A stretch of 64,000 nt of DNA from NCBI RefSeq assembly GCF_001194135.2, contig NC_068992.1, forward strand, positions 15,987,576-16,051,575, written 5' to 3'. Source of the DNA: Octopus bimaculoides (lineage: Eukaryota). Made by a program: the position numbers and the translations under genes. Shown here piece by piece: positions 50,911 through 63,262 of this stretch; position 1 is the stretch's first letter; every line of letters begins with the position of its first letter. The notes under the pieces are model-generated. The model worked only from the letters and a program-made list of their open reading frames with translations. It was not told the DNA's origin and ran no database searches.

Positions 50911-53059
50911 AAACAACAAGCACGATGAGGACAAATAATGTAAATAATCTTACTGAATGTTCCCATCACATACAGTGAAATATAATCGTTATAGGGCACC
51001 ACATTATAAAAACAAAATTTTCAGGTTGTAACGTCAGCGATAAATTAAAGAGTAACAATAATAAATTGAAGTAAATATCTTTTGATTTCTAGATTTATAG
51101 ATACTCAGCATCTGAGAGTTACTGTAGTTTATGAGTGGCATCTTCATGTGAATAATGCATAATGTATTTTTTACCTGCCAATAGCGAAGGAATTCATATT
51201 AGTGTCGATATTAATGCTATTTTCTCCAATGTGTGTTTCATTGTATCTCGTATTATACGCTTTATGAGAAAAGGAACAGCTCTCTCTAGAGAAGATGGCA
51301 TGATAACGTCGTAAAATTTCAATCTATTCACCCACACAAGTTCACAGTCTACTGTCTGCCGTATCGAATTATGGTTCCATGGCGTCGTCTACGGCCTTAG
51401 AGCAATGTGTCATATATTATTCCTTTTGTTTTGTTCTTTTTTTAATTTAGTTTTTCCTTTATTCTCTACTAGATGTTTTGCAGTTCAACTATTTTCTCTC
51501 TTTAAGGAAGCCAACGAATATAAAATTGACACTGATATGACAGACAAACGTGAGGTAAAACGAGAAGCACTAGCGGAAATTGTGACAAAGCGGTTGAAAA
51601 CTAAACTAAATGTTGGGCTACAGAACGTGCGAAAAGTGAAGTCACTAGAAGCCTCTGCTTAGCAAAAGTAAGAATGAACACTGACTGAGCGAAAATACCT
51701 ACCTCAAGTATCAATTCTAGCTGAGAAGTACAAAGTTTTGGGTTGCAAATATAGGATTTTTTATTACAGCCCGAGAATAGAACCTTCCAGTCATAAACAA
51801 GCAAAGGGTTTTAATGAAGGAAAATACATTTATCGGACGATATGTCCAAATGGAAAGGAAATAATTAACTACATTGGTCTCTGATCGCTCGTTCATCAAC
51901 AAGAAAAAAATACGTCAACAAGTATGATACTAGTTGTAAATTTCATACACTGGAAGTTATGTCATCATTGTAAAACTCTAATAGATACATGATGGTATAA
52001 ACATACAACAATAAATGTCTTAGAGACTGAAAAAGAGATGCTACAATGAGTCGTACCAATGTACAGAAACATGGAAATTAAATCTAAATGGTCCTTTATT
52101 ACTGAAGACAAAAGAAATAGATGTATGGCATACATGACATATCTGTTCATACAGAAGATAAAATTAAGTTGTTTTTGAGTCTAAATACAAACGCGAAGGA
52201 ATGGTGCTAACCCATATATTTAGTCTGAAGTAACAACCTTATAAGATATACATTAGGGATGATTTCAAAACATAAAGAGAAGTATATAGCCAGAATGAAT
52301 TCCTGGACATACTAAAAATATACATTCTCTTGCCTGTTAAATAAAGTACTTTTAATACAATCGAAGCAACGGAAGCAAACTATGACAACGCATTTAGAAA
52401 ATGTACAGAACTGTCCTCCTCTTTACAATGAAAAGACGGTAAATTATAAGTCTACTAGGTAAAATAAGAAGAATTATATTATTGATGATGATGAGAACCG
52501 CTTAGTTATGCTATATTTTCATTGGCCACAGAGAAATGATAAACGAAATTATCTCCAATGCGATTCGAACGCAAGGTGTATAAGTTTAAAGATGAATAAC
52601 TCAAAAGCTGTTTGATAGTCATTATTTTATGTTTTCCATCTTAATGTCATCAAAATAACGTAATTATGAGTTCTAAAACGAGAAACAAATTCCCAATTTG
52701 GTACCAGATAAGGCCCTATTTTTGCAAGCTATGTCATTCACTTGATGTTTAATTATTTTAATGACATTTGAAGGGTGAAATGTAAAGTACTCCAACAGCC
52801 AGGTTTGATCTCACTACAGACGGTTATTTACACTGGCACTCCACTGACTTTTCCTCCATCGACAGAACTAAAGATGCTGATTCAATCAAACGATCGCTTT
52901 CTTGTTTCCCTTAGGTCTGCTGCGACAGATCTGATTATAGTTACTAATCATCTCTACTACTACTACTACTACTACAAGAACTTCCAACGCCGCCCACACC
53001 ACCAGCACCACCAGCACCACCACCGCTACCGCCAACAACGACAACAACAACAACCAAAA

Positions 53060-53155
53060 GAGCCTCTTGACATTCTTGATTTAATCATGCAATGGCGCCT
53101 TTTCATAACGCAAACAGATATAGATCGACTGAAATATTTTCCAAAGAAGATATAA
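53060..53155 (+). mobile_element. very short RLE LINE remnant
   Basis: M.GAF.../TDIDRL...PKK, similar to the MHGAxHPKSDIDRLY region seen in the other copies. Confidence 0.4.
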
Positions 53156-53837
53156 CATTATATGATTTATTACATGATTACAGTATAAATTATATATCCT
53201 CGTTACGGAAAGAAAGAAAAAAAAATCTCCCAATCTTATCTTTTCTCCATTTTATCTTATGTTAACGTATCTAGAAAAAAGATATAAAATGTGTTGCATA
53301 GATATTATATATCTTAACAAAGAATACATTTAAATTTTATAGTTTATGTGCAAATAGAAATATGTAGCTTGGATCTAGTTTAATTAACAAGGAGAAAAAT
53401 CGTCGATGGTTCGCTGGAGCATTCCAAAGAAACCTCCATTCATATATTGCGAAGTACTTAACAACTGCACATCCATTATTCCTTATTATGGAATTACACT
53501 TAGACATAAATATATACCAGTGGTGTTAGAGCTCACCAGGGAACAATATATGTTTGTCGGTTGTTTAACGATTTATTATAATCTTTTATTATCAGGCTTA
53601 GTTATGAGATTTGTACAGTTGAATGTGAAGAGTGTCTGTGGTTTGGTTCACACCCTTTCACTAGCGGTTAGATGGGTTTTATTTTTGCGTAATAACCTGT
53701 ATAACAAGAAGCAAGTCTGCACAACTGCAAAACTGCAGTACATCCGAAATGACGTCAGATAAATGGATAGATAGACAGACAGAAAGACAGACATTCACAT
53801 GTACTATATATATATGTGTTAGTGTGTGTGCGCAGGG

Positions 53838-54010
53838 TAACGAGCTGGCAGAAACGTTAGTACACAGAGGAAGATTCTTAGCGGCATTTCGTCTGTCTGT
53901 ACGGTCTAATTCAAGTTCGAGATTCGCAGATGTCAACTTCACCTTTTATCCCTCCCGGGGTCGACAAAATATATATAATTACTGTCCTTGTGCCAAAATT
54001 CGAAACCAAT
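53838..54010 (+). mobile_element. SINE family B
   Basis: GAGCTGGCAGAAACGTTAG...CCCGGGGTCGACAAAAT...CTTGTGCCAAAATTCGAAACC. Confidence 0.78.
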
Positions 54011-54011
54011 A

Positions 54012-54049
<38 letters not shown>

Positions 54050-54055
54050 CATATT

Positions 54056-54087
<32 letters not shown>

Positions 54088-54749
54088 TTTATATGTATTA
54101 ATGCTTAAATATATATGTATGCATGCAGACATTTACGTATATATGAGGATGAAGTTGCGTGCACATATATATATATATANNNNNNNNNNNNNNNNNNNNN
54201 NNNNNNNNNNNNNNNNNNNNNNNNNNNNNNNNNNNNNNNNNNNNNNNNNNNNNNNNNNNNNNNNNNNNNNNNNNNNNNNNNNNNNNNNNNNNNNNNNNNN
54301 NNNNNNNNNNNNNNNNNNNNNNNNNNNNNNNNNNNNNNNNNNNNNNNNNNNNNNNNNNNNNNNNNNNNNNNNNNNNNNNNNNNNNNNNNNNNNNNNNNNN
54401 NNNNNNNNNNNNNNNNNNNNNNNNNNNNNNNNNNNNNNNNNNNNNNNNNNNNNNNNNNNNNNNNNNNNNNNNNNNNNNNNNNNNNNNNNNNNNNNNNNNN
54501 NNNNNNNNNNNNNNNNNNNNNNNNNNNNNNNNNNNNNNNNNNNNNNNNNNNNNNNNNNNNNNNNNNNNNNNNNNNNNNNNNNNNNNNNNNNNNNNNNNNN
54601 NNNNNNNNNNNNNNNNNNNNNNNNNNNNNNNNNNNNNNNNNNNNNNNNNNNNNNNNNNNNNNNNNNNNNNNNCTTACTCATTGTCCTAAACTATACATAT
54701 ATAAATACTCCTCTATTTATCTATTATCGAGGTCTCGTTCTTTTGTTGT

Positions 54750-54840
54750 CACTTATTATTATTATTATTATTAATATTATTATTATTATTATTATTATCA
54801 ACATCATCATCATCATCATTATTATTATTATTATTATTGA

Positions 54841-54873
<33 letters not shown>

Positions 54874-54887
54874 CAACATCATCATCA

Positions 54888-54932
<45 letters not shown>
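54750..54932. repeat. (ATT)n/(ATC)n compound microsatellite
   Basis: trinucleotide array with a duplicated internal variant block. Confidence 0.95.
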
Positions 54933-54938
<6 letters not shown>

Positions 54939-55009
54939 CACACACATGCATATATATATATATATATATGTGTATGTGTGTGTGTGTGTGTGCGTATGTT
55001 TGTGCGTGT

Positions 55010-55190
55010 GATGGCCCTTAGCCTAGTGGTTAGTGTTGCACTCTAAATCTCGAGATCCATCTTTCGAATCCCGGACCAGGCAGTGCGTTGTGCTCATCAG
55101 CAAGAGACTTTCATGTTCCTCTGCGATCACTCCGTCAACTGGCACTTGGTCCATCTTTACGGGCAACGTTAATATGAGGGAAGGAATGAG
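55010..55190 (+). mobile_element. SINE family D (tRNA-like head)
   Basis: A-box TAGCCTAGTGG, B-box TTCGAATCCC, then GGCAGTGCGTTGTGCTC..AGCAAGAGACTT; a related copy lies at 61330-61530. Confidence 0.65.
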
Positions 55191-55388
55191 CTAATGGGCA
55201 ACAGAAGCATTTGAACACTATAAACAAATCATCTGTGCAAGTTTTGCAGAAAGAAATTGCGGATCCGTATTTCTCGAACTCGAGAGACTGTATGTATTTA
55301 TGTATGTATGCATGTATGTATGAATTTATATATGTATGTATGTTGGTGTGTGTGTATGTGTGTGCGTGTGTGTGCGTGTGTGTGCGTG

Positions 55389-55428
<40 letters not shown>

Positions 55429-55458
55429 TTGCATATATATGTATATAAATATATATAT

Positions 55459-55461
<3 letters not shown>

Positions 55462-55531
<70 letters not shown>
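55462..55531. repeat. (GA)n microsatellite
   Basis: perfect dinucleotide array. Confidence 0.97.
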
Positions 55532-55541
<10 letters not shown>

Positions 55542-56366
55542 GATAATATGCACATTAATCTACCTGTTTCTGGAATAATTTCTGCAACTGTCTCAAGCCA
55601 TCTTGCATGCAATTCAAAGAATGAATAAATTGTGTTATCCCAATCGTATAACAAATATTAATAGTTCAAATATTTTGTCAGGAATATACAATAAATGTCG
55701 GAACAATATTAGCGCCACCTCATAAATATACTGTTGAATTATATACTTCACTTGTTAAACATATAGTTATCCTGCTCATATTTGAATTATCTTCTTACAA
55801 ATGTTCACGGTATTGAATATTTTCTGTTGAAATTAATTACATATTCAAATATTCACGTTTCGAGCGTTTTCAGTTTTGTTATTTATTTTATGTTACATTT
55901 TAGTTTCTTACAATCATATCTCAACCATGTTTCAATACATTAATGGGTTAAGTAAAATTATTTATTAAAATATCGATATGATGTTGCAGTCTGAATTTTA
56001 TAGTCTATTTTCCTTTTCTTTTTAACAAAAATTTGTCTAAATATGATTAATATATTATTGTACAAAACCTAATAAATATTTATGCGTAAATAAATTGAAG
56101 TAAATTTATATGTTGGCGAATATAAATTTTTGTGTATGATATAAAGTTATGGCAAAAACTTATTTTGTATATCTATAGATTAGCTTCATCGTTTGAATTA
56201 TGGCATGCTGAATCACTGAAACAATAAAATTGAAGCACGTGTGTGCGTGTGCGTGTATGTTTGCTTGTGTGTGTGTATGCGCATGGGCGTACTATGTATG
56301 TATATATGCATATATATATATACACACACATAATATGAATATACTCTTTACTTATATGCACATGCA

Positions 56367-56440
<74 letters not shown>

Positions 56441-56550
56441 TTATGTATTTATATAGATAGGGTGATAAATTGAATATTAATTCCATTTAAAACCAAGTGG
56501 CCTAGCATATAAAAAAATCTGAAAATTCAGAAAAAAATGTACTACATGTG

Positions 56551-56773
56551 TATAAGGGATGACCACTAGGTGGACATCCAATATGCTAGAAAGAGGTCAT
56601 CAACGACCCAACCACAAATAAAAAATAATGTTCTCCAGAAAAATTTCGCAAAAACACCAGAACAGGACAAAATGAGAAATATACATAATAAAGAATTATT
56701 TTTTCTTTGTGGTTGGGTCGTTGATGACCTCTTTCTAGCATATTGGATGTCCACCTAGTGGTCATCCTTTATA
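56551..56773. mobile_element. young MITE with ~80-bp near-perfect TIRs
   Basis: TATAAGGGATGACCACTAGGTGGACATCCAATATGCTAGAAAGAGGTCATCAACGACCCAACCACAAA and its reverse complement; mirror ORFs in the track. Confidence 0.9.
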
Positions 56774-56794
56774 TACGTATATATATATATATAT

Positions 56795-56965
56795 ATATCG
56801 GAGAAGAAAGTGCCATTAGATGTTTCCGGCTGGATTCCCCACTATGACCAAATGAGACTGTAGGAATTATCCCATCATCTCGTGCTTTGACTATCCATCG
56901 GTGTTCTGCCTGTTGGCTCGGCTTGAAGAATCCGTCTTGCGATCCCTTCATCACCAGTCACTTCC
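56795..56965 (-). mobile_element. RTE LINE, C-terminal fragment
   Basis: GIARRILQAEPTGRTP...TR*WDNSYSLIWS*WGIQPE resembles RTE RxLQAxPTGxRPRGRPRTRWxDxISxLxWxRLGIxPE. Confidence 0.65.
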
Positions 56966-57858
56966 ACCCCAAAAGGATTTCTATAATTTTTCACAATACC
57001 ATTTCTTTGGGGTGTGCCAAATCTCATCGGTGATAGAAATTTTTTCACCAACACTACATATATATTTTTTATTCACTATCCATGCAGCCATCACACCAAA
57101 CTAACTGCAAGTGTAACCAGCCCAACACCTGAGAAACCATTTTCTATGAATGGTCAACGAATATCTATTTCTCGGTTTCACCTTTGGCCATTTACTCATA
57201 TGCCTCTTCTATCTATGACGAAGGAGGAATTATTGTTCCCCTATATAGTTTGGAACTTGCAGCACTACTGTTCTTATATCTAGTATCAGTATAGTAGGAC
57301 ATTCTGCATGGAACAATTTTCCCTGAACACCCCACACCTACTGAAAGTACCGTACACAGCCATAAACCCGTCTCACAATTTCACACATCCTTTCTGTTTT
57401 AGGCTTTTTCTATTATGTGACTACTCCTTGTTTTTCCGGGTCACCTTGTCAACGAATTTCCGTTTAAACTATGCCATAATATATTACCGCTTCGTTTTTC
57501 CCATATAGTATGGAGACAAAGGCGTTTCTTTCTTAATCCACAAGCAGGTTCCAATCATTATTACTATTAAGTCTCTTGGTTTCAGTATTCTTTACTTTCC
57601 ACGCTTGCATATCCATATGTCACTCTCCCTACAGAAAACAGTCGGATGTAATTTAGCCTTGACTCTCATACCAATGATGCTATGGTATTGTTATTTTAGA
57701 GCAGAATTAACCAGGTTATTTACGACATAACACACCCGATAAGGATCCCCTGTAAAAATAAAGATTACATAGCGCCAAAAACGTTGCCTCAAATCTACAT
57801 AATAAACTCCGCGCTAAAGACAATCAGTAGAGACTCTATTATTATATATCATACATAT

Positions 57859-57984
<126 letters not shown>

Positions 57985-58255
57985 ATATATCACTGTACCA
58001 CTATATCGATCAAACTATTAGATGATGTTATGCACTGCTGATCACAACGCGCTAACTCACGTTGTTGTAGCTTTCAAATGATGTCACTCTGTTGGCTTGG
58101 CGAGCAAGGTTAACATTCTCATTGAATAGAAGGCACGTCCTTCGCAGATGAAATGAATACATGCTCAAGTATACAACGATCACGCTCTGTTGATCTGGGA
58201 ATCAAAACCACTATGGCTATATATGCATACATATAGGAATACGTATACATACATT

Positions 58256-58297
<42 letters not shown>

Positions 58298-60324
58298 GTT
58301 GTGTGTGTGTGTGTGTGTGTGTGGGTGTTTGCATGTGTGCTTGTTTGCTTGTTTGCGCGCGTGTGTGTTTATCCAGCAAATCGTGTGTTTATCCAGCACG
58401 CATATTTCGATGAACCTTGTCGTTTTTCTTAAATTTATGAAAGAAGCTGTTTTTCTAAGAAATATCTATAAAGTTAAACAGTTGTTTAAATTTGAAATGT
58501 TGGCTTGGCATTTCATTGAATGAGGGTGAGTGTGTTCAAAATATTTTGTGTATCTGTTTCTTATTTATACCACTTTATGCCAACCAAAATGTTAGCTTTA
58601 TTCTCGTTTGTAAATCTTGATTTAAAACTCGCAAAACATGTTTCAATTAGCTTCTGATACACGATATATTACTCTGCTTGGTCTTAATTAGCCTAATTGT
58701 TGGAAATAAGATTACTTAGGCAACGGTAATTAAGGTTAATTATTCCTTAATAGATGTTTCTGTACACGTAAATTTCTGGAATGAGATATTTTCATTACTT
58801 TATAATGAGCTTCGTTGTGTTTGAAAAGTTACATCCCTTTACAATTTGAATTTTATTGTTGAAATATAGGAGAGGTGATATGGATGGTAACGTAATACTT
58901 TGAAGTAGCGATTCTCATAGTATGAGAAGCATGCCTTTCAATTGTAATTGTTTTAGTGGGATTGATATAACGTTCATAGAGAGGATCAAAATTATTAGTG
59001 GTATCTAAATTATGACATAAAATTAAATTTCAATAAATTGAAACTGCAGAGCAAAGTTTTCAATTCACCGAATATGAGAAAGTTATACAGTATTATTTCA
59101 TTACCGAAAGTCGTTTATATTGTTCTATTCACTTCTGTTGCCGAGAGTTTTGAAACATAGAAAAAGTTGTTCCAGCTCCATTGCTCAGGCAACAAAATGT
59201 AGCTCAGTGAACTGCAAAGTTTTCTGCTGGAGACGGAAACCTGCTTTTCTCTTGGTGAACAGAGCCGGATTTAAAACGCTCTGCTGAGCAAAATATACAC
59301 AAGAAGGAAATACTGAAAATATGTTAAAACAAAAAACAGCAACATTTGTTCAATTCAAAATATCTGACAAAGAACAACTGACTGAAAGACTCAAAATATT
59401 TCATATCCTCATTTGCAGTGTTCAATTTTCAGAAATTACACCAAGAGTGGATTTATGTAGGCATAAAATAACTATTTTCTCATTCATTAAATTTAGAGAA
59501 TTTTTATTATGCTTACAGGCAACCATTTCTCTTGAAATCGATCCTTTCTACCAAAGTTGCATTCTGCCGACTGGAAATAGAGTTCAGATAAAACGCAAAT
59601 GGCACATGGTCCTTATAATGCCCTCCGAAAGAATTCTGGGCGATGTGCTCTCTAGTTGCTCATTGCTTCTCTGTCATTCTAAGTTGTTCTCTGTTATATT
59701 TTCAAACGTATATCTATTATTGTTGTTAACCACCAATCTTGATTAATGATATTTATAGTGAAAGGCATTCCATCCATGATAGTCCTGACTTTTCGCGACA
59801 GATTACCTTGAATAATACTCACATCCAGTATGACAATTTACAAAAAAAGCAAAAGAGTGAAATTTGAGGAATAGTCACCTGCTGTTTCTAGCATCTCGGG
59901 TGACTAAAGAGAAACTCTCTCGTTGTTCTCTCCTGCATAGTAAGTTATAAAACGGATTGGTTCAAGTGAAAGGAATTGTTGAATTCTATTCACGAATTGT
60001 GCAAACTTTAAAATTATATAACAAAGGATAATGGCTGACTGCTGTGGGAAAAAGTATTTAAAGTAGTTAAAGAAATTAACTTTTTAAAATATGTGATCGA
60101 TATTCTTTTGACTGCATATTCAATAATAGTTCACGGGTCGAAAGACAGGATGCTCATTATGGCTCTTTTTAATGTGTTTCAATGACAATAAATATTTTTT
60201 TCTTCCATTAATACCACCAGCATTGAGATATGAATCAGTTAGAAATAAAGGAAAAAAAAAGTAAATGTATGATCAATTTGACAGCTTGGAGAGGGCAACT
60301 TATAGGGTATCTGTTGCCCATTTT

Positions 60325-60472
60325 TCTTTTACTCGTTTCGGTCATTGGCCTGTGGCCATGCTGGGACACCCTTTGAAATAATTTTAGTCGAATAAATCGA
60401 CCACACTAAGTTACAAAAACTAAATAATACCAGTTGCCAGGCAGTGGAGCTTTGTGACAAAAACAGACATAC
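60325..60472 (-). mobile_element. SINE family A, tail fragment
   Basis: reverse complement GGGTGTCCCAGCATGGCCACAGGCCAATGACCGAAACGAGTAAAAGA. Confidence 0.68.
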
Positions 60473-60473
60473 A

Positions 60474-60475
<2 letters not shown>

Positions 60476-60545
<70 letters not shown>
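60476..60545. repeat. (TCTA)n microsatellite
   Basis: perfect tetranucleotide array. Confidence 0.97.
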
Positions 60546-60639
60546 AATTAATATTATCAAGGGCAATGAGAAATATTAGAATTTTCTACTACCAGTGGCT
60601 TAGCGTGTAAAATTTAGTCAATAGACTATATATTACCCA

Positions 60640-60883
60640 TATAAATACAGTGTACATTTAAACACATAAGAGGCATCCATCATATGGATTCCTTGCACGC
60701 TAGAAAGAACAGTTAAATTCCATACCACTATTTAGAGATAAAACTTCGAATATGTTTTTATTTTTCATTCCATTCGAAGTTTTATTCCTAAATAGTGGTA
60801 TGGAATTTAACTGTTCTTTCTAGCGTGCAAGGAATCCATATGGTGGATGCATCTTATGTGTTTAAATGTACACTGTATTTATA
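60640..60883. mobile_element. young foldback MITE: 112-bp arms, 20-bp spacer
   Basis: arms 60640-60751 and 60772-60883 are reverse complements with ~4 differences; TA|CAGTG...CACTG|TA near the ends suggests Tc1/mariner origin. Confidence 0.9.
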
Positions 60884-60981
60884 AATCGATATATATATAT
60901 ATATATAGAAAGAGACAGATAAGTAGATAATTAAATATGTAGCAATGATTAATAATGATGGTGATGATGATGATGATGAAG

Positions 60982-61030
<49 letters not shown>

Positions 61031-61045
61031 TAATAATATTAATAA

Positions 61046-61211
61046 TACCTGGGCGTAAACGAAGGAGATGGTATACAACATGCTTCTATAAAGAAAAAAA
61101 ATAAGAAAAGGAGTATTACAGGAGAGTAACACTCATACTAAAAACTGAACTCAACTCTAAAAATCGCATCGAAGCCATAAACACCCTGGCACTTCCAGTA
61201 GTCCAATATAG

Positions 61212-61212
<1 letters not shown>
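61046..61212 (+). mobile_element. R4/Dong-like RLE LINE fragment
   Basis: YLGVNEGDGIQHASIKKKIRK/EYYRRVTLILKTELNSKNRIEAINTLALPVVQYS, directly downstream of (TAA)n. Confidence 0.88.
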
Positions 61213-61253
<41 letters not shown>

Positions 61254-61329
61254 CTTGTTCATCCACTTGGATTTGAAGAAATACCAATAGTAACTTTTTA
61301 TAATGATCCCTTATTTGTGCTGTACATAA

Positions 61330-61530
61330 GCTCATCCCTTCCAGCAAATCGACATCGCTTGCACAGGTGCTCAGTGTTCCCCCGGTCAGATGTTGATGTG
61401 ATAGCAGAGCAACGTGAAATGAAGTAATTGGGTCAAGAACACAACACACCGTCAGATTTGTGAATAAATAATACGATTTTGCGATCGTGAGTGCAATATC
61501 CTAGCCATTATGCCACCAATCGTCACTTCT
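61330..61530 (-). mobile_element. SINE family D
   Basis: reverse complement TGGCATAATGGCTAGGATATTGCACTCACGATCGC...GTGTTGTGTTCTTGA...TTCATTTCACGTTGCT. Confidence 0.6.
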
Positions 61531-62621
61531 TATAAAACTAGATATAAGGATAATGTAACAATCTTTATATAATTACGAGAAAACAGAAGTAAATTGGATG
61601 ATAACAGTGTGAATTACTTTGATCATACGTCCGGTCCATCAAGCACGAAAGAGTAGAGCTATAATTTATTATTTTATCTACAACTCATCACTATAAAGGA
61701 AATAAAAGAGCGTGTCCGGGTACCAACCAGGTATATTTGGACAGTAGTAACATCCTTCGATATAACCGAAATCATTTTATTCTCTATTATCAAGTCGAAC
61801 CGTGTCAATATCACGTTTCTGTCGTTAGCAGTAATTGTTAAAATAACTGGATATTTCAGGTTCCATATTTAATGCAATATTTAAAAAAAGTCATAAACGT
61901 TGTCAAATTTATTATTTCTTGAGGAGTCATCGTACGTGCGAACGAAGTGTTTCAAATGAAATGTGATATATTTTTCTTTCAATTAATACTATTAAGTGCA
62001 GTTGAATGAGTTAATTTTATTGTTGAATTTCTTTCTTAATTAACTGCTTATAGATATAGAAATGTCTCGTTATTAATGTGCCAAAAGAATAGCAACTCAG
62101 AAGAAGAATCAACATTTTAATCTTTCATTATTTATTTTTTTGTTCTCTTTTAGAAAATTTGTGCTGCATTTCCCACTCAAAAGTGAAATAACATTTCAGA
62201 AACATTCCAAGATTTGGTAAAGAACAAAAGAAAGAAGTCCTGCCTGGAAAAAAAAAAAAAATTATTTATTATATATTTTTCTTTCAGAATTTCATATAAT
62301 CAAATCAAACTGGATTTCGACTCATTGTAAAACCCATTTTTTAATCAATCTTAACAATAATAATCTATTGAAAATTATATCACTAAATTACAAAATAAAC
62401 ACCAACGCTACGAAATAGAATCAATATTAATTGAAAGGAAAAAATTCGATAGAAAAATTAAAATCGGTATTTAAAAACTTCATGAAATTTTTGAGAATCT
62501 TTATGGTTTATTTTAGATGGGAAGCATTGTTCTCTGTTAGGATGTCTAAATTACGTGATGTGTAGCAATGACCGAAGGGTTGAAGCAAGATATCGATATC
62601 AAAAATAATAATCCTTCCTCC

Positions 62622-62960
62622 TATAGGCATAAGGCCTGATATTTTGGGGGAGGAGGATAGCTGATTACATCGACCACAGTACGCAACTGGTACTTATTTT
62701 ATCGAACCCGAAAGGATGAAAGGTAAAAGCACCCTTGGCGTTATTTGAACAATGATGATGAAGATGATGATGATTTAAAAATTCTGGCACAATGCCAGCA
62801 ATTTTGTTTAAGTCGATTACATGGACCCCAGTGATCAATTGGTACTTATTTTATCCTCCCCCCCCCCAACAAAAAAAAGGCAAAGTCGTCCTAGGCGAAA
62901 TTTGAACTCAGAACGTAAAGATGGACGAAATGCCACTAAGCTGCTTGTCCAGCGAGGCTA
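62622..62960 (-). mobile_element. two tandem SINE family B pieces (~62622-62745 and ~62780-62960)
   Basis: CATCGACCACAGTACGCAACTGGTACTTATTTTATCGAACCCGAAAGGATGAAAGG; GCGAAATTTGAACTCAGAACGTAAAG. Confidence 0.8.
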
Positions 62961-63000
<40 letters not shown>

Positions 63001-63262
63001 NNNNNNNNNNNNNNNNNNNNNNNNNNNNNNNNNNNNNNNNNNNNNNNNNNNNNNNNNNNNNNNNNNNNNNNNNNNNNNNNNNNNNNNNNNNNNNNNNNNN
63101 NNNNNNNNNNNNNNNNNNNNNNNNNNNNNNNNNNNNNNNNNNNNNNNNNNNNNNNNNNNNNNNNNNNNNNNNNNNNNNNNNNNNNNNNNNNNNNNNNNNN
63201 NNNNNNNNNNNNNNNNNNNNNNNNNNNNNNNNNNNNNNNNNNNNNNNNNNNNNNNNNNNNNN

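Larger units (their letters stand above)
50531..50945 (+). mobile_element. composite family C SINE: inverted hammerhead-bearing pLTR-like segment + tRNA-Arg-like head + (TAA)n + hammerhead-bearing tail
   Basis: 11-bp direct repeat AATCTTACTGA at 50520-50530 and 50946-50956; 50580-50666 is the reverse complement of ~50870-50948; tRNA-like head at ~50667-50735. Confidence 0.85.

Noticed and set aside
53406-53762. 118-aa ORF
   Set aside because: No recognisable domain or convincing splice context; plausible by chance.
56970-57780. Possible Tc1 transposase remnant (GFSGVGLVTLA...FLSP)
   Set aside because: The catalytic SDE, QDN and SPDLNPIE motifs could not be found.
59321-59746. 141-aa ORF
   Set aside because: No recognisable motif; the composition is typical of AT-rich non-coding DNA.
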